Positions 59,056 to 64,000 of a stretch of DNA of 64,000 nt are shown piece by piece. The notes below the pieces were generated by a model, which ran no database searches, was not told the DNA's origin, and saw only the letters and a list, made by a program, of their open reading frames with translations. The DNA lies in the IMG/VR virus record IMGVR_UViG_3300042923_000601, positions 182,690-246,689 of that record. One strand, 5' to 3'. The translations under genes were made by a program, and so were the position numbers. How positions within the stretch are numbered: the stretch's first letter is position 1; each line of letters opens with the position of its first letter.

Positions 59056-59133
59056 GTTTATTTTACCTCCTTGGTATTCTTACCTATTAGTTCGGGGTTA
59101 TCATAAATATTACCGAGATGCTTACGCTCACCA

Positions 59134-59697
59134 TCACTCACCCTTAATTTTACCACCAATAAGTTCAGGATTGTCATGCATATTCCCAATCTTGGTTGGG
59201 TTACCATGACGTCTGGATGCAATATCATCCCAATCTTGAGCAGATTCCTCGATTCCGATTAGTGGTGCAAGCCAGTTTCCCTTCACAATAGGTTGAAAGA
59301 GAAACTGGTTATCTTCACAGACTACAAGGAAGCAGTAGTCGTCTTCTTTGGATCGGTCAGTTTCAATGATATCATCCTCAAACAACATCGCGCCACTGTC
59401 CCGATCCAGTCGATTAATAAACTGACCAACGGTTGTTGGATCAACAGCCCACGCTGCCATGTGGTATTCACCGTCAGTCTCACTTCCTGAATGGATGATA
59501 TACTTGTGATCAGGTTGGTCTTCTTTATTGCGGATGCTGGTCTCCAGTACTCTCTGGATATCGCCATACACCCATTGACCATAGAATTCTCCCTCTGTAA
59601 TACACTTCCCACGCCAGAGATTCGCGCGGGGTTCAAGGTCACCGAAAGGCCCCTTCTTGATTGGAAGGGGTACAAGTCTTAAATACGGTGTACTCAT
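59134..59697 (-). CDS. yopX: YopX-family protein
   Basis: WRGK..WVYGD..VDPTTVGQF..FEDDI..IGNMHDNPEL. Confidence 0.85.
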   Translation of the reverse strand: MSTPYLRLVPLPIKKGPFGDLEPRANLWRGKCITEGEFYGQWVYGDIQRVLETSIRNKEDQPDHKYIIHSGSETDGEYHMAAWAVDPTTVGQFINRLDRDSGAMLFEDDIIETDRSKEDDYCFLVVCEDNQFLFQPIVKGNWLAPLIGIEESAQDWDDIASRRHGNPTKIGNMHDNPELIGGKIKGE

Positions 59698-60236
59698 TAT
59701 TCAACCTCCCCTTCCACCACTGGTAGCAGGTCTGGATTGTCATGACTGTTACCAACGACAATGATACGACCATTATCAGGACTACTAATGAATCCCCATT
59801 CATGGAGATGGTCTTCTTCCTCCGGTACTTCGCCGTCACGTGAGAATGGCTCGAAGTAGAATCCTTCGTCTTCCCACACGGCAAGGTATTGATAACCGGC
59901 AGCAGCACTTAATGCAGTTTCAACGATGTCATCTTCGAAGATCAACTTCTTATTATCATCGTTGCAAGTCGTATACTGGCCGACCGTTTCAGGGTCTACT
60001 GGATACAACTGTACTGAACATTCGGAGCCTTGGAGAACCTGAACTGCGATATACACAGCATCAGAGGACTCTACTCCATCCTCAGTTTCCTTGACGCTGG
60101 ACAAATCCCCATATACCCAGCGAGGATTATCACCAGTTGTTTTACCTCTAAACAAAGGCATCTTACTGACAACTTTTGGTTGGTTATCAAGCCCCTTCTT
60201 TGGAAGGGGCACTAATCTCAAGTATGGAATTGTCAT
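59697..60236 (-). CDS. yopX: YopX-family protein
   Basis: FRGK..WVYGD..VDPETVGQYT..IFEDDI..VGNSHDNPDL. Confidence 0.85.
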   Translation of the reverse strand: MTIPYLRLVPLPKKGLDNQPKVVSKMPLFRGKTTGDNPRWVYGDLSSVKETEDGVESSDAVYIAVQVLQGSECSVQLYPVDPETVGQYTTCNDDNKKLIFEDDIVETALSAAAGYQYLAVWEDEGFYFEPFSRDGEVPEEEDHLHEWGFISSPDNGRIIVVGNSHDNPDLLPVVEGEVE

Positions 60237-60248
60237 TTGTCATTCTCC

Positions 60249-60890
60249 TTATCTTCGGTTAGCCCGAGTTGACTGGTTAGCTAATGCCATTGTGGTTAGC
60301 GCCCTAAGATAAGGGACAGCCTGCGCAACAGCATCGCGGGTTTCAGCAAGTTTAAGCTCAACTACATTGTCTGGCTTTGGCGGTGCAGGCGGGGTACTTT
60401 CCACGATCACCGTCTTTGACTTTGAAGCTTTCTGTTTCTTAGACAGCTTCTTATGCTTGGCTGTCAACTGCTCAACGGTCTTTCTAAGGTCAGTTGCTGT
60501 GGACTCTAGGGTCTGCAGCTTCTGGTTCTGGTCTTTGAAAAGACGATCATACGACCGGCGCAAGCGCTCCATCTCCGACATCTTCATTACAATATAACCA
60601 GCACTGTTTCGAACGTATGGCGCTGGCTTACTGTGGTGATTGTCGAGTCGCCGCATAATCTCTTCGAATACAGCATTGTGATCAACTGCAGGTTCATCGG
60701 TATCATACAGGTACACCTCTCGGACGGTCTTGATATGATCGCCCTGCTGGTCAATGTACTCTACCCGTTTTTCCTTAACTTTTGAAGTGGTAACCGGAGC
60801 CTCAAATCGAGGTTCCGGGCTGTGCGATGGATTACACCGAGCGATCATGGATTGCCCGATAGGTGTCGGGGTTAGTTTTAACATCCGCAA
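60249..60890 (-). CDS. coiled-coil hypothetical protein
   Basis: AAAGGAG RBS; heptad region. Confidence 0.65.
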   Translation of the reverse strand: MRMLKLTPTPIGQSMIARCNPSHSPEPRFEAPVTTSKVKEKRVEYIDQQGDHIKTVREVYLYDTDEPAVDHNAVFEEIMRRLDNHHSKPAPYVRNSAGYIVMKMSEMERLRRSYDRLFKDQNQKLQTLESTATDLRKTVEQLTAKHKKLSKKQKASKSKTVIVESTPPAPPKPDNVVELKLAETRDAVAQAVPYLRALTTMALANQSTRANRR

Positions 60891-61043
60891 TTGCTCCTTT
60901 TCGTTTCATTATTTTCATTTCGATAGGTGCTGCTGTATTACGAGGCCCCGTTAGTGTAATCGGGAAAGGTACAATTCGTGGATGACCATATGGGTCAAAC
61001 GCGTTTGATACCGGTAAATTAAGGTATAGCATGCCACACTTCC

Positions 61044-61883
61044 TTACCCGTAGATTTGATACCGCTGAAGGAATTTATCCAGCGACATCTTCTTAACACT
61101 GTCGTCGTCGAATAGAATACTGACAGATTCTCTGATCTTTTGCTCGGAATACCAACCGTCTCCGGTTTGATACGCCATTGCCATTTCGATGATCCCCTCA
61201 CGCCGGTTAAGGATGTAAAAGAGCTGGTTCATCGATGTGATCTTGTAAGTCTTATTGATAACCTCAACGAAGTAATCATCACCGTCTTGCTTCTGTGACA
61301 CTACAATTCGAAGGGTCATAAACCGAATGTGACGGAGTTTTTGATAGGTCTTATAGTCGAGCATCCGGTACGACTTCATACCAGCATCAACCATGACCGC
61401 ATCATAACTGTGGAAGCCGAGTTGCTTCTCCTCAAATGGAGACATGCCTTCCACAAATTGATACATACCGGCTCTAGACCATGGCTCTCCATTAGGGCCA
61501 ATAGACGGCCTTTGCATAATGAAGTTAGGACTAGTGTCGTGAACGAAATAATAGGAATTGTCGGTATTAGCGTTACGATTCATCTTGTCGACCAGTTTAC
61601 CATGCAGCTTCCGTTCTTTATCATTGAAGCTTGCTCTGATACGCATACGGTCGCCTTCTGACGGGTCAATCCAATCATCAAAGCCGCCATCGTACCGATC
61701 TTTATTCGCGGGTCTTTTCAGGTTGAACAGATAGCCGGGTGCTGTCCCAGCTGCAATCATGTCATTAACCATCATATCGTCGGTTATATTATCATCCGCC
61801 GATTCTTGGTTTGCATATTTCCGGGAAATGGTTACTCCCTTTCTCTGGAGATAATCTTCCCTGAATACCAGTTTAAGTGTCAT
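61044..61883 (-). CDS. hypothetical protein, paralog of 58267..59055
   Basis: VMVDAG..KTYQKL..IRF; SMNQL; N-terminal MTLKLVFREDYL. Confidence 0.7.
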   Translation of the reverse strand: MTLKLVFREDYLQRKGVTISRKYANQESADDNITDDMMVNDMIAAGTAPGYLFNLKRPANKDRYDGGFDDWIDPSEGDRMRIRASFNDKERKLHGKLVDKMNRNANTDNSYYFVHDTSPNFIMQRPSIGPNGEPWSRAGMYQFVEGMSPFEEKQLGFHSYDAVMVDAGMKSYRMLDYKTYQKLRHIRFMTLRIVVSQKQDGDDYFVEVINKTYKITSMNQLFYILNRREGIIEMAMAYQTGDGWYSEQKIRESVSILFDDDSVKKMSLDKFLQRYQIYG

Positions 61884-61946
61884 AAATTTATCACCCTTCC
61901 AATAAAATAGGAGTAGGAGAATGATCTCCTACTCCGGTTAACAGGA

Positions 61947-63452
61947 CTAGATCATCTCCGTAAAGCGGATAAACTCGTCTTCAACGAGCTTCTCGCTTAT
62001 TTCAATATCTTGTCCGAGCAATTCTGGTTTCTTATGATCGACATGTGACATAGGAGAATTGATCAAAGTCGCCAATGGGACCAAAATCAACTTCTCTGTC
62101 ACAAGCGACGCGGCATCGCTATACTGCTCCATGAGCCGTAAATAGCGAGGAGATAGCTTGATCTTATTGAGTGTCTTTGCTCCAATTTTACGAGAGCGAA
62201 TGGTTGTAGACGGCCCACCCGACAATATAGACGGGAGTAGCACGAACCCTTCGCGTTCGAGGATTTTCTTCATGATGATTACCAGTCGGAAGAATCCTCT
62301 TTTCTTAATGTATTTCTGGTTCTCTGTCCCGTCGAAGTCCTCTGCAAAGAACTGAAGAATCAGGTCTTTCTGAGTCGGGCTTAAGTCGCCGAGATGTTCT
62401 TCGTAAAAGTCAACGTGTTTGGATTTAATCTCCACGTTGTACTTTACGGCTAAACGTTTGATCTTGTTGGAACTGCCTTGGCTGGCGATCAGGATGTGTT
62501 GTTCATCGACCTTCGCAGCGTTCATCTCAAGCTGCTCCAGTCCAGACATCTTCTCGCCGTTTGATTTCTTACCACTTGTGTCAACGTAGTCGCGGACATC
62601 TTTACCGGTTGTAATTTCGTTCCCGATCATTTTCTTAATACCCGCGAGGTTGAGATTGATCATTTTCTGTGTGAAGACATACTTGAACATCAAATCCTGA
62701 ATAACCATCTTAGTTAAAACCGTGGTTAGCAGGATTGGAGTTGTCCCTTTGTGTTCGTTACGCTCCCACATTCTCCCGTCTTGATGGACAGAGCTGCTTA
62801 CCTGCTTTTCTGCAGTCGCATAAAGCTTGGCGTACATGTTTGTCCCGTCCTCGAATAGAGGGAAAAGTGAATAGAAGCAGTTGTAGAGATATTCCTTGAG
62901 TGACTTGTCACGCACCATATCCGCACGCGCCATATAATAATGGGAAACAATGGGAATGGCGATTTTCAGTGCTGTGCTAATTGCCATGAGAATCTTCCCA
63001 TGACGGTTAGTGAATTGTTGAGGATTGTCCTTGTATCGTTCGTTGTTCGTGGACGATTCCAAGTTAACCCGGTACTGCTCATCAACCAATGTTTTGATCT
63101 TCTTGACCATTGAATCCGTGAAGAGGGTGTTGACCAGATCATCACGGAAGCTATTGTAAGTATAAGTCATGTTATTCAGATCAATCAACGTCTTCATATT
63201 GAGGTACGCTGTGAGAAGCTCTTTGTCTTCATCATAGTACATCATGAGGAAATTGATCGTGTCGCAAATCAAGTTTGCTTTCGTATAAAATGATGATTTT
63301 ATGATATGAAATACATTTAAGTTGGGTCGGCTAATGCCAAATACCCTGTCAAAGTCACATACTATAATCCCCTTTGACCCTGCGTGGAATATCCGAAATT
63401 TCGGAGGCCGATCAGGGTTTTTTCGCTCAATACGTGCAATATCCGCCCTCAT
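61947..63452 (-). CDS. sigma-like promoter-specificity subunit of non-virion RNAP (AR9 gp226 / phiKZ gp68-like)
   Basis: 501 aa; motifs FDRVFG, KSSFY, KIAIPI, YAKLY, D.RMW, SGLEQLEMN..D, F.LLPSILS match my recollection of AR9 gp226; early motif upstream. Confidence 0.75.
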   Translation of the reverse strand: MRADIARIERKNPDRPPKFRIFHAGSKGIIVCDFDRVFGISRPNLNVFHIIKSSFYTKANLICDTINFLMMYYDEDKELLTAYLNMKTLIDLNNMTYTYNSFRDDLVNTLFTDSMVKKIKTLVDEQYRVNLESSTNNERYKDNPQQFTNRHGKILMAISTALKIAIPIVSHYYMARADMVRDKSLKEYLYNCFYSLFPLFEDGTNMYAKLYATAEKQVSSSVHQDGRMWERNEHKGTTPILLTTVLTKMVIQDLMFKYVFTQKMINLNLAGIKKMIGNEITTGKDVRDYVDTSGKKSNGEKMSGLEQLEMNAAKVDEQHILIASQGSSNKIKRLAVKYNVEIKSKHVDFYEEHLGDLSPTQKDLILQFFAEDFDGTENQKYIKKRGFFRLVIIMKKILEREGFVLLPSILSGGPSTTIRSRKIGAKTLNKIKLSPRYLRLMEQYSDAASLVTEKLILVPLATLINSPMSHVDHKKPELLGQDIEISEKLVEDEFIRFTEMI

Positions 63453-63486
63453 TATAACTTGCCATCTCCCCTGTAGTCGTATTCAA

Positions 63487-63506
63487 TTGCCTGTATATAA
63501 TATATA
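63487..63506 (-). promoter_or_regulatory. early-type promoter motif
   Basis: minus strand tatatattatatacaggcaa. Confidence 0.6.
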
Positions 63507-63531
63507 CTTATGACAGTGATCAATAAAGCGT

Positions 63532-63999
63532 TTATAACCGACGAGTCGTCTTTGCTTTACCAGCCTTCTGAACCTTAGACTTCAGCGGCTTAAGCCTATT
63601 TGAAGTCCGGTCAGTGGTTGAAACCGCCATATTTATCTTTTGTCGTGTAGGTTGTGAAATATTACTCGATGGCACTGTCGGATTATCGGTATCCTCCATA
63701 TCCTCATCCGAGTCAGGCACTCTAGAGCTAGGTGGCTCATAGTCCGACCGGCGAATCCGGTCAGGTTTCTTTTGCTCACGAGCCTTCTTGTTTGCATTCG
63801 TCTTCTTCGCTTGCTCCAGCTTGATCTTATCCATCAGTTTATTGAATTCCTCGAAAGCACCCTTCAGCGCCTTGAGATCAATGGAATGTGAGACGCCATT
63901 TAGCTTATCAATCTGAGACAAGTTCTCTGCTATATACCGGCAAGCATAGTAGATTGTCTTCTCATACCCAACCATCGAGTATGGATTACGAACCTTAGG
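63532..63999 (-). CDS. C-terminal part of a conserved jumbo-phage protein (5' truncated by window end)
   Basis: Frame stays open to the window end: PKVRNPYSMVGYEKTIYYA; basic disordered tail. Confidence 0.65.
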   Translation of the reverse strand, partial: PKVRNPYSMVGYEKTIYYACRYIAENLSQIDKLNGVSHSIDLKALKGAFEEFNKLMDKIKLEQAKKTNANKKAREQKKPDRIRRSDYEPPSSRVPDSDEDMEDTDNPTVPSSNISQPTRQKINMAVSTTDRTSNRLKPLKSKVQKAGKAKTTRRL

Positions 64000-64000
64000 C

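Noticed and set aside
1-64000. tRNA/rRNA genes, chimallin or tubulin (PhuZ) genes
   Set aside because: None recognised by eye in this window; tRNAscan-SE and HMM searches would be needed to exclude them

Overview
This window is a 64-kb internal segment of a large (jumbo) myophage genome of the AR9/PBS1-phiKZ type that encodes its own multisubunit RNA polymerases. YopX, YspA/SLOG, YdbC and YjoB-like genes and strong GGAGG ribosome-binding sites point to a Bacillota host. Layout: the end of a tail-associated multi-domain peptidoglycan hydrolase (C39-like, SLT, M15) and an SH3 tail protein; an early accessory cluster at 4.1-14.5 kb (NUDIX, NADAR-like, two AAA ATPases, DUF4326); RusA and dTMP kinase; baseplate and tail genes; a long array of head/inner-body paralogs rich in hydrophobic-x-E-(A/S) maturation sites, interleaved with enzyme cargo (NDT-like, permuted papain-like, ParB-like) and an antisense HNH-AP2 endonuclease; a flap-type exonuclease and PC4/YdbC SSB; gp25-like and hub/chaperone genes; an RNAP beta'-type subunit carrying DFDGD; primase; YopX paralogs; and an AR9 gp226-like sigma-like subunit. 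Best leads: (1) two extra truncated paralogs of the sigma-like subunit, possibly an undescribed alternative-specificity or anti-sigma system; (2) a shared 'MF...E|A' leader on unrelated enzymes, suggesting head-packaged, injected cargo; (3) a shared N-terminal (I/L)(K/R)L(V/A)F(K/R)ExYL-type tag on unrelated early proteins; (4) a hidden -1 frameshift ORF after the hub/chaperone gene; (5) a catalytically degenerate prohead-protease paralog; (6) two readable phage promoter classes. All family assignments come from motif recognition by eye; no database search was run. No tRNA, rRNA or CRISPR array was recognised.
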